From an uncultured Gemmatimonadales bacterium (GTDB lineage Bacteria > Gemmatimonadota > Gemmatimonadetes > Longimicrobiales > RSA9), in assembly GCA_963816355.1 (NCBI GenBank), contig CAWFKH010000001.1, forward strand, positions 288,001 to 352,000: a stretch of DNA of 64,000 nucleotides, given 5' to 3'. Below the pieces are notes generated by a model. The model was given only the letters and a program-made list of their open reading frames with translations, did no database searches and was not told the DNA's origin. Both the position numbers and the translations under genes were made by a program. The stretch's first letter is position 1. Each line of letters opens with the position of its first letter. This document shows, piece by piece, positions 10,202-20,964 of this stretch.

Positions 10202-11328
10202 AGCGTTTCGACCAGAAGCTGTAGAAGGGCGACGCGGCGCGGCAGGTCAGCGAGCAGGACGTGCTCGTCGGCGGCGTGGGCGCCGCCGCCGTCCGGTCCG
10301 AGGCCGTCGAGGGTCGGCACGCCGAGCGCGGCGAGGAAGCTGCCGTCGCTGCCGCCCCCGGTGCCGCCCTCACCGAGTTCGAAGCCGACCTCCGCTGCGG
10401 CGCGCCGGGCGCGCTCGTACAGCGACGCGACGGCGGCGGTGCGCTCGAGCGGAGGCCGGTCCCCGCTCGGGACGAGCGCGACGCGGGCGTCGGCCTGCAC
10501 CGGCCGCAACGCGCCGAGAGCGAGGCGGATGCGGTCAGCCTCGGAGCGCGTCCAGCAGCGGACGTCGATCGCGGCCGAGGCCTCGGCGGCGACCACGTTG
10601 ACCGCGGAGCCGCCGCGGATCGTGCCGACGTTGATGGTGGTCCCCCGCTCCGGGTCCGCCAGCGCGAGGACGCGCGGCAACTGATGGGCGAGCTCGGCGA
10701 TCGCGCTGACGCCCTTCTCCGGATCGACGCCGGCGTGGGCGGCGCGGCCGTGGCAGACGAGGCGGTAGACGGCCACTCCCTTGCGGCGCGTCTTCGCGGC
10801 GCCGCCGGGGAGGGACGGCTCGAGGACGAGCGCGGCGGCGGCGCCGGCGGCGGCGCGCTCGAGCCACTCGCGCGAAGCGTCGGAACCCACTTCCTCGTCG
10901 CAGCTCGCGAGCACGAGAACGGGGCGCCGCGGGCGAGCGCCGGCCTCCCGGAGGCGGAGGAGCGCCTCGACGATCACGGCGAGGCCGGCCTTCATGTCGA
11001 AGGTACCGGGCCCCTCGACGCGGCCGTCGCGGACGACGAACGCGCGCCGGGCGAGGGTGCCGACGGGGTGCACGGTGTCGAAGTGGCCCAGCAGGACGAG
11101 CGGTTCGAGGGTCGGATCCGCGCCGGCAATGCGGGCCTCGACGTGGTGGCCCGCGGCGCCACGGTCGAGTTGCCGGACGTCGGCGCCGGCGCCGGCCAGG
11201 TCAGCGGCGAGGACCGCGGCGAGCGCGTCGAGACGGGCGGCGTTGCCGGAAGGGCTCTCGTGCTCGACGTAGCGCCGAAGCCGGTCGAGAATGCGATCGA
11301 CGTCGATGGCGGGGTCGGGAGCGGTCAC
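10198..11328 (-). CDS. M20 metallopeptidase (glutamate carboxypeptidase-like)
   Basis: GHFDTV, GPGTFDMKAG, DEEVGS, GGSDG and GGGAHA..E. GTG start at 11328. Confidence 0.9.
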   Translation of the reverse strand: MTAPDPAIDVDRILDRLRRYVEHESPSGNAARLDALAAVLAADLAGAGADVRQLDRGAAGHHVEARIAGADPTLEPLVLLGHFDTVHPVGTLARRAFVVRDGRVEGPGTFDMKAGLAVIVEALLRLREAGARPRRPVLVLASCDEEVGSDASREWLERAAAGAAAALVLEPSLPGGAAKTRRKGVAVYRLVCHGRAAHAGVDPEKGVSAIAELAHQLPRVLALADPERGTTINVGTIRGGSAVNVVAAEASAAIDVRCWTRSEADRIRLALGALRPVQADARVALVPSGDRPPLERTAAVASLYERARRAAAEVGFELGEGGTGGGSDGSFLAALGVPTLDGLGPDGGGAHAADEHVLLADLPRRVALLQLLVETL

Positions 11329-11425
11329 GGTCCTCCCGTGGTACGGCGGAGCACGACCGCGCGCTCGAGCGGCGGCGCGCCCGGCGCGAGCGAGGCGGTC
11401 CCGCACGCCCGCGCCACAGGCGTGC

Positions 11426-12226
11426 TCACGTGCGGCTCCAGCGGCCGCCGTCGCGGCGCACGCGGCCGCCGGCGCGCAGGTGCTCGAGGTAGGCGGCGAT
11501 CGCGCCCTCCGCGGCGCGCCGCAAGGGCGCGGCGAGCCCGGTGCCGTAGACGCGGTCGACCAGCGAACGGCTGTCCGAAGCGCCGCGCGCGAGGGCGTCG
11601 AGGACCTGCTCCTCGCGCTCGGTCCGGTGGTCGATGTAGCGCGCGATCGCGGCCGCGGGGTCCGTGAAGGGCGCCCCGTGGGCGGGGTGGATCGTGCGCG
11701 GCTCTAGAGCGGCGATGCGGCGCAGCGAGTCGAGGTAGGCACCGAGATCGCCCTCGGGCGGTGCGACGAGGGCGGTGTCCTGGCCCCCGAGCATGAGGTC
11801 GCCACAGAAGAGGGCGGCGCGGGCCGGCCAGTGGAAGGCGACGTGGTCGCCCGTATGGCCAGGCGTCGCCACAGCGACCAGCGGCCCCGCGTCGGTCTCC
11901 ACGGCATCCCCGGGGGCGAGGGTGCGGTCGGCGAGCGCGCGCACGGGCGCGGAGCGAAGGCGCGCCAGCCGGGGCGCGGCGGCTGCGTGGTCGGGGTGGC
12001 GGTGCGTGAGCAGGATCGCCGTGACCTCCGCCTTTCCGAGGGCGTCCTGGATGGCCTGGATGTGGGCGTCGTCGGCGGGGCCGGGGTCGATCACGGCGGC
12101 GCGCCGGCGGCCGACGATGTAGGTGCGCGTGCCGTCGAGCGTCAGCGCGGAGGGGTTTCCGGCGAGGAGGACGCGCAGCGCGGGCGCCGCCGCGCCGCCC
12201 GTCGTCGTGTGCGGCGAGGCGGCCAT
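11426..12226 (-). CDS. MBL-fold metallo-hydrolase (LACTB2-like, C-terminal winged helix)
   Basis: NPS.LTLDGT, THRHPDH, TPGHTGDH, GD and PAHG. Confidence 0.88.
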   Translation of the reverse strand: MAASPHTTTGGAAAPALRVLLAGNPSALTLDGTRTYIVGRRRAAVIDPGPADDAHIQAIQDALGKAEVTAILLTHRHPDHAAAAPRLARLRSAPVRALADRTLAPGDAVETDAGPLVAVATPGHTGDHVAFHWPARAALFCGDLMLGGQDTALVAPPEGDLGAYLDSLRRIAALEPRTIHPAHGAPFTDPAAAIARYIDHRTEREEQVLDALARGASDSRSLVDRVYGTGLAAPLRRAAEGAIAAYLEHLRAGGRVRRDGGRWSRT

Positions 12227-12236
12227 CGGCGAAGGC

Positions 12237-12704
12237 TCAGCGGCGCTCGGACATCAGCGCCTCGGCGAGCTTGTCGGCGACGAGCTGGATCTGCTGCTCA
12301 TCCTTCTCCGAGAACGCCTTGACGGTGTGGCTGTCGATGTCGATCTGACCCAGCACCTCGTCGCCGGCACGGATCAGGACCACCAGTTCCGACTTCACGC
12401 GCGGATTGCAGGCGAGGTAGTTCTCCACCTCGGTGACGTCGGGTACGAGCTGGTTCTGCTTCTCCTGCACGGCCGTGCCGCAGACGCCCTCGCCGACCGG
12501 AATCCGCGCGTGCTCGGTCGCCGTGCCCACGTAGTTGTGGAGCCAGAGGATCTGCTCGCCCGGGTCGAGCAGGTAGACGCCCACCCAGTTGAAGCGGTCG
12601 TCGGAGGTCTTGATCGACTTCACCGCCTCGCGCAGGATCGGCGCGGAGAGATAGCCTTCCTCGCGCATCTCCTGCAGTCGCTTCACCAGCTTCGTCGCAT
12701 CCAT
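12237..12704 (-). CDS. Stand-alone GAF protein, free Met-(R)-sulfoxide reductase-like (MsrC/YebR)
   Basis: FNWVGVY, RIPVGEGVCGTA, YLAC...KSELVV and IDIDS. Confidence 0.8.
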   Translation of the reverse strand: MDATKLVKRLQEMREEGYLSAPILREAVKSIKTSDDRFNWVGVYLLDPGEQILWLHNYVGTATEHARIPVGEGVCGTAVQEKQNQLVPDVTEVENYLACNPRVKSELVVLIRAGDEVLGQIDIDSHTVKAFSEKDEQQIQLVADKLAEALMSERR

Positions 12705-12827
12705 GGTATCGTCAGTCCTCGCTTCGAGAGTCCAGGAATCCGCGCCCGCCGCGGCGCGTGGCGCAGGCGGCCGTCCGCTCGGCCGGGGTCGACGGCTCGG
12801 CCGGGGGCTCGCGGCGCGGCCGCGCGT

Positions 12828-13496
12828 TCACCGCTCGGCCGGGGTGTCCATGGCGCGGCCGGGCGTTCGCTCCAGCGCGCCCGGGTCGAGCAGCACGGCC
12901 CGCGCCGGGGCGCTGTCCGCCTCCTCGAGCCGCAGCGGCAGCACGACCAGGGTATAATCGCCGGCGGCGACGTCCGTCAACACCAGGTTCTCGACGATCG
13001 CGACGCCGGCGGCCGCGAGCACGTGGTGCGTGTCGAGCGTCTTCGAGTCGGGCGGATCGACGGACGGCGTGTCGGTGCCGACCAGACGCACGCCCGCGTC
13101 GACGAGCCGGCGGGCCAACGCGGGCGCGATGGCGGCGAAACGGCCGGGCTGCGCGCCGCCCGGCCACTCGACGCCGGTGCGGAAGAGCACGCGGCGCGCG
13201 CCGGCGATGCCGACGTCGTCGAAGAGCGCGGCATCGAGATCGCGCCCGCGCGCGTCCACCACACGAGCCGGCCCGATCATCGCGTCGAGCGGCTGCTCGC
13301 CAATGGGGCGGCCGTGCGGCTCGACGTGGAGCGGTCCATCGACGTGGGTCGCGGCGTGGACGCTCGTGGAGATCGCCGCCACGTTGACGGAGTCGCCGCG
13401 GTCGAGGCGCATCGTCCACTCGATCGAGACGGCGCGGTCGCCGGGCCAGACGCCGGTGCCGCCGCCGAGCGGGCGCGTGATGTCATGGATGCGCAC
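12828..13496 (-). CDS. Cyclase family protein / arylformamidase (KynB-like)
   Basis: DITRPL....VWPGD, HAATHVDGPLH, LVGTDTPSVD, IVENL and LPLRL...DSAPARAVL. GTG start at 13496. Confidence 0.85.
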   Translation of the reverse strand: MRIHDITRPLGGGTGVWPGDRAVSIEWTMRLDRGDSVNVAAISTSVHAATHVDGPLHVEPHGRPIGEQPLDAMIGPARVVDARGRDLDAALFDDVGIAGARRVLFRTGVEWPGGAQPGRFAAIAPALARRLVDAGVRLVGTDTPSVDPPDSKTLDTHHVLAAAGVAIVENLVLTDVAAGDYTLVVLPLRLEEADSAPARAVLLDPGALERTPGRAMDTPAER

Positions 13497-13507
13497 GCTC
13501 CCCCGTC

Positions 13508-14572
13508 TCAGCGGGGCACGAGGTCGGTGTCCGGCGCGAGGTCGCGCACGAAGGCGGCGATCAGGCGCGCGGCGGCGTCGAGGTCGTCGAGGCTCACGAT
13601 CTCGTTCGGCGAATGCATGTAGCGGTTCGGCACGGAGACGACGCCGGTCGGCACGCCGGCGCGTGACAGGTAGATGGCGTCGGCGTCGGTCGAGGTGAAG
13701 CGGGGCGAGGCCGTGATCGTGTACGCGATCAATGCGCGCTCGGCGGCGGCGACGAGGCGGTCGAAGACGACCGGGTGCGCGGCCGAGCCGCGGGCCAGCA
13801 CGGGTCCGCCGCCGAGGCGGTGCTCGCCCAGCTCCTTCTTCTCGAGCCCGGGCGCGTCCGTCGCGAACGTGACGTCCACGACGATGGCGACATCCGGCTC
13901 CAGACGGAACGCGCTGGTGCGCGCGCCGCCGCCGGAGTAGCCGATCTCCTCCTGCGCCGTCGCGACGGCGGTGACGCGCGCCGGCGGCGGGTCGTCCGCC
14001 AGGAGCCGGAGCGCCTCGAGCACGACGAAGGCGCCGATGCGGTTGTCGACCGCGCGGCTCGCGATGCGGCCCTGGCCGAGCTCGACGAGCGCGGCATCGA
14101 TCACGCCGGCATCGCCGACGCGGAGGCCGGCGGCCGTGGCCGCGGCGCGGTCGGCGGCGCCGACGTCGATCCACAGGTCGCGGATCTTCGACGCCTTCTC
14201 CTTCTCGTCGCCCTTGATCAGGTGGATCGGCTTCTTGCCGACGACGCCGACCACCGGACCCTCGCGGCCTAGCAGGCGGATCCGCTGGCCCACGAGAACC
14301 TGCGGATCCCAGCCGCCGATGCCGTCGAAGTAGACGTAGCCCTCGTCGTCGATGTGCGTCACCATCACGCCGATCTCGTCGATGTGGCCCGCGAGCATGA
14401 CGCGCGGGGCACCGCCGCCGCGCAGCGTCGCCATCGAGTTGCCGCTCACGTCGACGTCGACCTCGTCGGCGAAGCGCTCCGCCTCGGCGCGCCACACCCG
14501 CGCGGGAAGCGCCTCGAAGCCGCTCGGTCCCGGCTCGTCCAGGAGCCGTCTGAGGAATTCCATCGACTGCAC
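13508..14572 (-). CDS. M42 family metallopeptidase
   Basis: GPSGFE, AGHIDEIG, AVDNR, QEEIG, DVT and RYMHSPNE. Confidence 0.93.
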   Translation of the reverse strand: MQSMEFLRRLLDEPGPSGFEALPARVWRAEAERFADEVDVDVSGNSMATLRGGGAPRVMLAGHIDEIGVMVTHIDDEGYVYFDGIGGWDPQVLVGQRIRLLGREGPVVGVVGKKPIHLIKGDEKEKASKIRDLWIDVGAADRAAATAAGLRVGDAGVIDAALVELGQGRIASRAVDNRIGAFVVLEALRLLADDPPPARVTAVATAQEEIGYSGGGARTSAFRLEPDVAIVVDVTFATDAPGLEKKELGEHRLGGGPVLARGSAAHPVVFDRLVAAAERALIAYTITASPRFTSTDADAIYLSRAGVPTGVVSVPNRYMHSPNEIVSLDDLDAAARLIAAFVRDLAPDTDLVPR

Positions 14573-14799
14573 GTCGCCGTCCCCTCCCGTTCACGACAGT
14601 AGAGCACGCCAAGGTATGCGCCGCGCCGGGGCATACGCCAGTCCCCGCGCGGCGCGATTCGCTTGCACGCCGCCCGCGGCCGGCCTACCATCGGGGAAGG
14701 TGATCGAGCCCCGTCGTCGCCGGGGCTGTGCGGATCCTTCGACAGCCTCCCCGGTACGACACGCGCATGGCGGGCGCCCAGACTCGACGCGGGGGAACA

Positions 14800-16011
14800 G
14801 TGGAGCAGACGTATTTCCGGCGCGGCTTCGGCCTGAAGAAGGAGGTCGAGCCGATCCTCACGTCGGAGTATCACAGCAATCTGGTGGAGGAGATCCGCGC
14901 GCGCGGCTACACCGCCACGTTCGGCGACGTGACGGTACGGCTGGCGCGCGAGTTCGGTTTCTGTTACGGCGTCGACCGCGCCGTCGACTATGCCTACGAG
15001 ACGGCGCACAAGTTCCCCGGGCGACGCATCTTCCTGGTCGGCGAGATCATCCACAACCCGTTCGTGAACCGCCGCATGCGGGAGATGGGGATCACCTTCC
15101 TCTATCCCGCGCCGGATGGCGGGTTCGATTTCTCGCCGCTCACGCCGGGGGACGTGGTGATCCTGCCGGCGTTCGGCGTGACCCGCAGCGATTTCGAGCG
15201 GCTGCAGGAGATCGGCTGCGTCCTGGTCGACACCACGTGCGGCTCGGTGCTCGTCGTGTGGAAGCGCGTCGACGGGTATGCGAAGGATGGCTTCACCGCG
15301 CTCGTCCACGGCAAGTACCAGCACGAGGAGACGCGCGCGACCGTCTCGCAGACGCTCGGGCATCCGGACGGGCGCTACATCATCGTCCGTGACATCGAGG
15401 AGGCCCGGCTCGTCTGTGACTACATCGAGGGAGGCGACGCCGCGCTCTCTCGCGACGCGTTCCTCGCGCACTTCGCCGAGAAGGCGACTCCGGGCTTCGA
15501 CCCGGACGCGGACCTGGTCCGCATCGGGGTGGCGAATCAGACGACGATGCTCGCCGGAGAGTCGCTCGCGATCGCGGCGGAGGTACGCGCCAGTCTGGAG
15601 CGGCGGTGGGGCGCCGGCAGCGTCGACGCCCACTTCCGCTCCTTCGACACGATCTGCTCCGCGACGCAGGAGCGGCAGGACGCGGTGGCGAAGCTGATGG
15701 AGGAGCCGCCCGACATCATGCTGGTGATCGGCGGCTACAACTCGTCGAACACGAACCACCTGGCGCACATGTGCCGCCAGCACACCGCGACCTTCCACAT
15801 CGCGGACTCGGAGTGCATCGATGTGGAGGGCAACGCGATCCGGCACAAGCCGCGGCTGCCCGCCGACTGCCCGGAGGAGCGCGTGCAGGGCTGGATTCCG
15901 GAACGCGCCTTCTCGATCGGGCTCACCGCCGGTGCCTCGACGCCGAACAGCAAGATCGGCGAGGCGATCGCGCGCGTACTGGCGACGCGCGGGCTGGACG
16001 CGCCGGTCTAG
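14800..16011 (+). CDS. ispH: 4-hydroxy-3-methylbut-2-enyl diphosphate reductase
   Basis: FGFCYGVDRA, EIIHNP, DTTC, HEET, NQTT, DTICSATQERQ, SSNT and TAGASTP. Confidence 0.95.
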   Translation: MEQTYFRRGFGLKKEVEPILTSEYHSNLVEEIRARGYTATFGDVTVRLAREFGFCYGVDRAVDYAYETAHKFPGRRIFLVGEIIHNPFVNRRMREMGITFLYPAPDGGFDFSPLTPGDVVILPAFGVTRSDFERLQEIGCVLVDTTCGSVLVVWKRVDGYAKDGFTALVHGKYQHEETRATVSQTLGHPDGRYIIVRDIEEARLVCDYIEGGDAALSRDAFLAHFAEKATPGFDPDADLVRIGVANQTTMLAGESLAIAAEVRASLERRWGAGSVDAHFRSFDTICSATQERQDAVAKLMEEPPDIMLVIGGYNSSNTNHLAHMCRQHTATFHIADSECIDVEGNAIRHKPRLPADCPEERVQGWIPERAFSIGLTAGASTPNSKIGEAIARVLATRGLDAPV

Positions 16012-16140
16012 ACAGGCCGGCGGGGCGGGGGCGCCGGCCGGGCGCCTGCGGGCATGGCGCGCGGCCGTGGCGCGCTCCCTGCACGAGCAGAGCCGGTACC
16101 GACAGCGGCCGCGGCGGGTGCCGACGGCCGTGCGATCTCA

Positions 16141-17046
16141 ATGCGGGAGAAGAAGTTGCGACCCGAGTCGAAGCGACGCTGGAACGTCTTGCTGACCGTG
16201 GCGGTCATCACCGTCGTGGCCCTGACGTGGCGTTCCGGTCTGCTGCACCGCCTCACGGACGACGGCGCGGCGGACGCGGCCGACGCGGCGGCGGCCACGC
16301 TGGCGCCGCCCACGGTGGACGCGGGCGCGCCGCAGCGCGTCGCGATGAGCGCGCCGACGGCGGTCGCGGCGGTGGCGGATCCGGCGCCGGCGGCGGCCGC
16401 GAGCGCGGCGGCGGCCGCGAGCGCGGCGGCGGAAGGGGACGGCGGAGGCGTCATCGTCGTCTCCCTCGAGCGTCGCCGGCTGTGGTACATCCGCTCGGGC
16501 GACACGCTGGTGTCGACTCCGGTCGCGATCGGCAAGGGGACGTCGTTCGCGTACGAAGGCCGGATCTATCACTTCGAGACGCCGCGGGGTCATCTGAAGG
16601 TGCTGTCGAAGTCGTCGGACCCGCTGTGGACGCCGCCGAACTGGCACTACTACGAGAAGGCGCTGGACCGGGGCCTGGACGTGGTGGAGCTGAAGCCGAA
16701 CGACCACGTCGACCTGCAGGACGGCAGCGCGATCGAGGTTCGCGACAAGGTCGTGGGCCGCGTCAACCGGCGCGGCCAGTGGTGGCCGTGGACGCCCGGC
16801 ATGGAGATCATCTTCGACGGCAAGATCTTCATTCCGCCGATCGGCTCGCCGCAGCGGCGGGTGCCGGACGCCCTGGGGCCCTTCAAGCTGGGTCTGGGCG
16901 ATGGCTACTACATCCACGGTACGAACCCGTACAGCGAGGAGTCCGTGGGCGAGGCGGTGAGTCACGGCTGCATCCGCGTGAGCAACGAAGTGCTGCACCG
17001 GCTCTACCGGCTCGTCCGGGTCGGCACTCCGGTCGACATCCGCTGA
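16141..17046 (+). CDS. L,D-transpeptidase (YkuD family)
   Basis: N-terminal TM segment, Ala-rich linker and the catalytic IHGTN...SHGCIRV motif. Confidence 0.9.
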   Translation: MREKKLRPESKRRWNVLLTVAVITVVALTWRSGLLHRLTDDGAADAADAAAATLAPPTVDAGAPQRVAMSAPTAVAAVADPAPAAAASAAAAASAAAEGDGGGVIVVSLERRRLWYIRSGDTLVSTPVAIGKGTSFAYEGRIYHFETPRGHLKVLSKSSDPLWTPPNWHYYEKALDRGLDVVELKPNDHVDLQDGSAIEVRDKVVGRVNRRGQWWPWTPGMEIIFDGKIFIPPIGSPQRRVPDALGPFKLGLGDGYYIHGTNPYSEESVGEAVSHGCIRVSNEVLHRLYRLVRVGTPVDIR

Positions 17047-17147
17047 CCTTCCGAAGGCGCGGGATCCTTCGCGATCCGCCGGGCCGCAGGATCCCGCCCG
17101 CTCCATGATGCCCGCACGAGGGGCGCCCGGCGAAAAGGAGCGAGCGC

Positions 17148-18032
17148 ATGCCCGAGCGACAGCTTCAGCCGCCGCCGATCGATGGGCGCGGCTACGCGCA
17201 TCCGGAGGTCCTGGTTTCGACGCAGTGGGTGGCGGATCACCTCGACGACCCGGGCGTCCGCGTGATCGAGGTCGACGAGGACGTGCTGCTATACGAGGTA
17301 GGGCACATCCCGGGCGCGGTGAAGATCGACTGGGTGGCCGACCTGAACGATCCGCTGACCCGCGACTACATCGACGGGGCGCGCCTCGAGCGGGTGCTGC
17401 GCGACCGCGGCGTCGGGCGGGACACGACGGTCGTGCTGTACGGCGACAAGAACAACTGGTGGGCGACGTACGCGTTCTGGGTGCTGCGGCTGTTCGGCCT
17501 CGATCGGCTCCGCATCATGGATGGCGGCCGCGCGCTCTGGGAGCAGGAAGGCCGCCCGTTCTCTTCCGACGTGCCTCGCCATGCGGCGGGCGACATCGTC
17601 GTGGGCGAGCGTGACGACGCGCCGATCCGCGCCTTCCGTCGGGACGTGATGGAGCACGTGAGCGGCGACGGCGACCTGATCGACGTCCGCAGCCCCGAGG
17701 AATACCGAGGCGAGCGGATGCACATGCCGGACTACCCGAACGAGGGGGCGCTGCGCGGCGGCCACGTCCCCGGGGCGAAGAACGTGCCCTGGTCGCGCGC
17801 CGTCGATCCGTCCACGCACACGTTCCTGCCCGCCGACGCGCTGAACGCGATCTACCGCGACGAATGCGGCCTCTCGCCGGAGGATCCGGTGATCACCTAC
17901 TGCCGCATCGGCGAGCGCTCGTCGCACACGTGGTTCGTGCTGACGTACCTGCTCGGGCACGAGCGGGTGCGCAACTACGACGGGTCGTGGACGGAGTGGG
18001 GCAACCTGGTGCGCGCGCCGATCGAGCGCTGA
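17148..18032 (+). CDS. Two-domain sulfurtransferase (rhodanese, SseA-like)
   Basis: [18 protein letters not shown], active-site YCRIGERS and [10 protein letters not shown]. Confidence 0.93.
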   Translation: MPERQLQPPPIDGRGYAHPEVLVSTQWVADHLDDPGVRVIEVDEDVLLYEVGHIPGAVKIDWVADLNDPLTRDYIDGARLERVLRDRGVGRDTTVVLYGDKNNWWATYAFWVLRLFGLDRLRIMDGGRALWEQEGRPFSSDVPRHAAGDIVVGERDDAPIRAFRRDVMEHVSGDGDLIDVRSPEEYRGERMHMPDYPNEGALRGGHVPGAKNVPWSRAVDPSTHTFLPADALNAIYRDECGLSPEDPVITYCRIGERSSHTWFVLTYLLGHERVRNYDGSWTEWGNLVRAPIER

Positions 18033-18041
18033 GGAGGCGCC

Positions 18042-18581
18042 TTGGACCGCCAGACCCGCATCGCGCTGCTCACGGACCATTTCGCGCACCCGCGCCACAA
18101 GGGGCGGCTCGAAGACGCCGATGTGAGCATGCCCGGCGGCAACCCGGGGTGCGGCGACGTCGTCACGATGCACCTGAGGGTCGGGGCCGGCGCGGACCGC
18201 ATCGAGGAGGTCGCCTTCGAGGGCGAGGGGTGCACGATCAGCCAGGCCGCGGCGTCGATCCTCGCCCAGCGCATCAACCGGCGGAAGCCCACCTTCGAGG
18301 AGGTCGCGGCGCTCTCCTACGAGGAGATGATCGACCTGCTCGGGCGCGACATCGTCGGCTCGCGGCCACGCTGCGCCACGCTGGCGCTCGGCACGCTGAA
18401 AGCGGCGGTCCGCAGGCTGGAGACGGACCGCAAGCTGCGCGCGGCCGGGAAGTCGGACGCCGAGATCGCCGAGCTGCGACGCGCGCTGGAGCGGCAGGCT
18501 TCGGGCGAGCTGGTCTTCGGAGAGCCCGCGAAGGCCGCGGCGCGGGGCGCCGCGACGGAGAGCGGCGGGGCGTCGGACTAG
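18042..18581 (+). CDS. U-type Fe-S scaffold / sulfur-transfer protein (SufU/IscU-like) with C-terminal extension
   Basis: NPGCGD, FEGEGCTISQAAAS and RPRCATLA supply the three conserved Cys. TTG start after GAGGAGG. Confidence 0.85.
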   Translation: MDRQTRIALLTDHFAHPRHKGRLEDADVSMPGGNPGCGDVVTMHLRVGAGADRIEEVAFEGEGCTISQAAASILAQRINRRKPTFEEVAALSYEEMIDLLGRDIVGSRPRCATLALGTLKAAVRRLETDRKLRAAGKSDAEIAELRRALERQASGELVFGEPAKAAARGAATESGGASD

Positions 18582-18641
18582 CGGCAGGTCGGCCGCTGGT
18601 CGGTCGGAGGTCGGCCGCAGGTCAGCGGCGGGTCGCCCGCT

Positions 18642-19267
18642 CTACGGCGCGGCGCGCTCCACGCTCGCCCGGATGCGCGCCACCAGCATGTCGATGGCGA
18701 CGCGGTTGTGGCCGCCGCCCGGAACGATGATGTCCGCCCAGCGCTTGCTCGGCTCGACGAACTCGAGGTGCATCGGCCGCACGGTCCGCGTGTACTGGTC
18801 GAGCACCGACTCCACGCTGCGCCCCCTTTCCTGGACGTCCCGCTGCAGGCGGCGGATCAGCCGCACATCGGCGTCCGCGTCGACGAACACCTTGATGTCG
18901 AGCAGGTCGCGGAGGTCGCGATCGACGAGGATGAGGATGCCGTCGACGATGACGACGCGGCGCGGCTCGACGTGGCGCGTCTCGGCGGTGCGCGAGGAGG
19001 TGGTGAAGTCGTAGACGGGGACGTGGACGGCTCGACCGTCCTTCAGGCTGCGCACGTGCTCGACGAGGAGCGGCGTCTCGAGCGCGTCGGGGTGGTCGTA
19101 GTTCTTGCGTCGCGGCGCGCCGCCGGGCACCGCGCCCATGTCCTTGTAGTAGGAGTCGTGGTGGACGAGGGCGACGACGCCGTCGCCGATGCCGCGCGTC
19201 ATCTCGCGGACGACGGTGGTCTTGCCGGAGCCGGAGCCGCCCGCGACGCCGATGACGAGGGGGCGGC

Positions 19268-19271
<4 letters not shown>
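18642..19271 (-). CDS. udk: Uridine kinase
   Basis: VIGVAGGSGSGKTT, DSYY, NYDHPDA, PVYDF, RRLQRDVQERGR and FVEPSKRWADII. Confidence 0.94.
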
Positions 19272-20470
<1,199 letters not shown>

Positions 20471-20653
20471 GGGCGAGCTCCTTCGGCGCTGCGATCGGTC
20501 TGAGGATCGGACGATCCGTCGAAGGATAATGCGCAACCGGCGGTCCCGGCACAACGGCGCGCGGACGGTCGCCTTGCACCGCCCGACGGCGCCGATCAGA
20601 TTACGCGCCGCGTCGCGGGGGAGCGCGCGAGGCGTGGACGAGGAAGGCGGACA

Positions 20654-20938
20654 ATGGGCAGCTACGAGCGGAACACGGTGGTGCCGGCGGGCGTCGCGTT
20701 GCGCATGGCGGAGGAGTTCCTGTCGGCGCGCATACCGGTGGAGCAGGTGGCGTCGGACCGCCACTCCGTGACGATCCGCGGCGAGGACGGGACGGCGGTG
20801 ATCTCGGCGCACCGTCACGGGATGGACACGGTCGTGAGCGTGCGGACGGACCAGGTGCGAACGTCGCGGATCGACGTCGAGGTGCAGCACTACCTGAACC
20901 AGCTTCCCTACCAGCCGGGCGACGTCCCCAGACTGTGA
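20654..20938 (+). CDS. Hypothetical protein (94 aa)
   Basis: Typical codon usage and a purine-rich RBS. No recognised motif. Confidence 0.7.
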   Translation: MGSYERNTVVPAGVALRMAEEFLSARIPVEQVASDRHSVTIRGEDGTAVISAHRHGMDTVVSVRTDQVRTSRIDVEVQHYLNQLPYQPGDVPRL

Positions 20939-20964
20939 CGCGCCACCGCGGCGGAACGGATTTC

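Noticed and set aside
12777..12844. Three copies of GCTCGGCCGGGG
   Set aside because: Short, GC-only, irregularly spaced and one copy is inside a CDS; not distinguishable from background.
16068..16083. Additional GG-N10-GC sigma54-like motifs (also near 34305 and 50363)
   Set aside because: They lack the TTGC core, and such matches are frequent by chance in GC-rich DNA.
16380..16435. 18-bp tandem repeat in the L,D-transpeptidase gene
   Set aside because: It encodes an ordinary Ala-rich linker (AAAASA).
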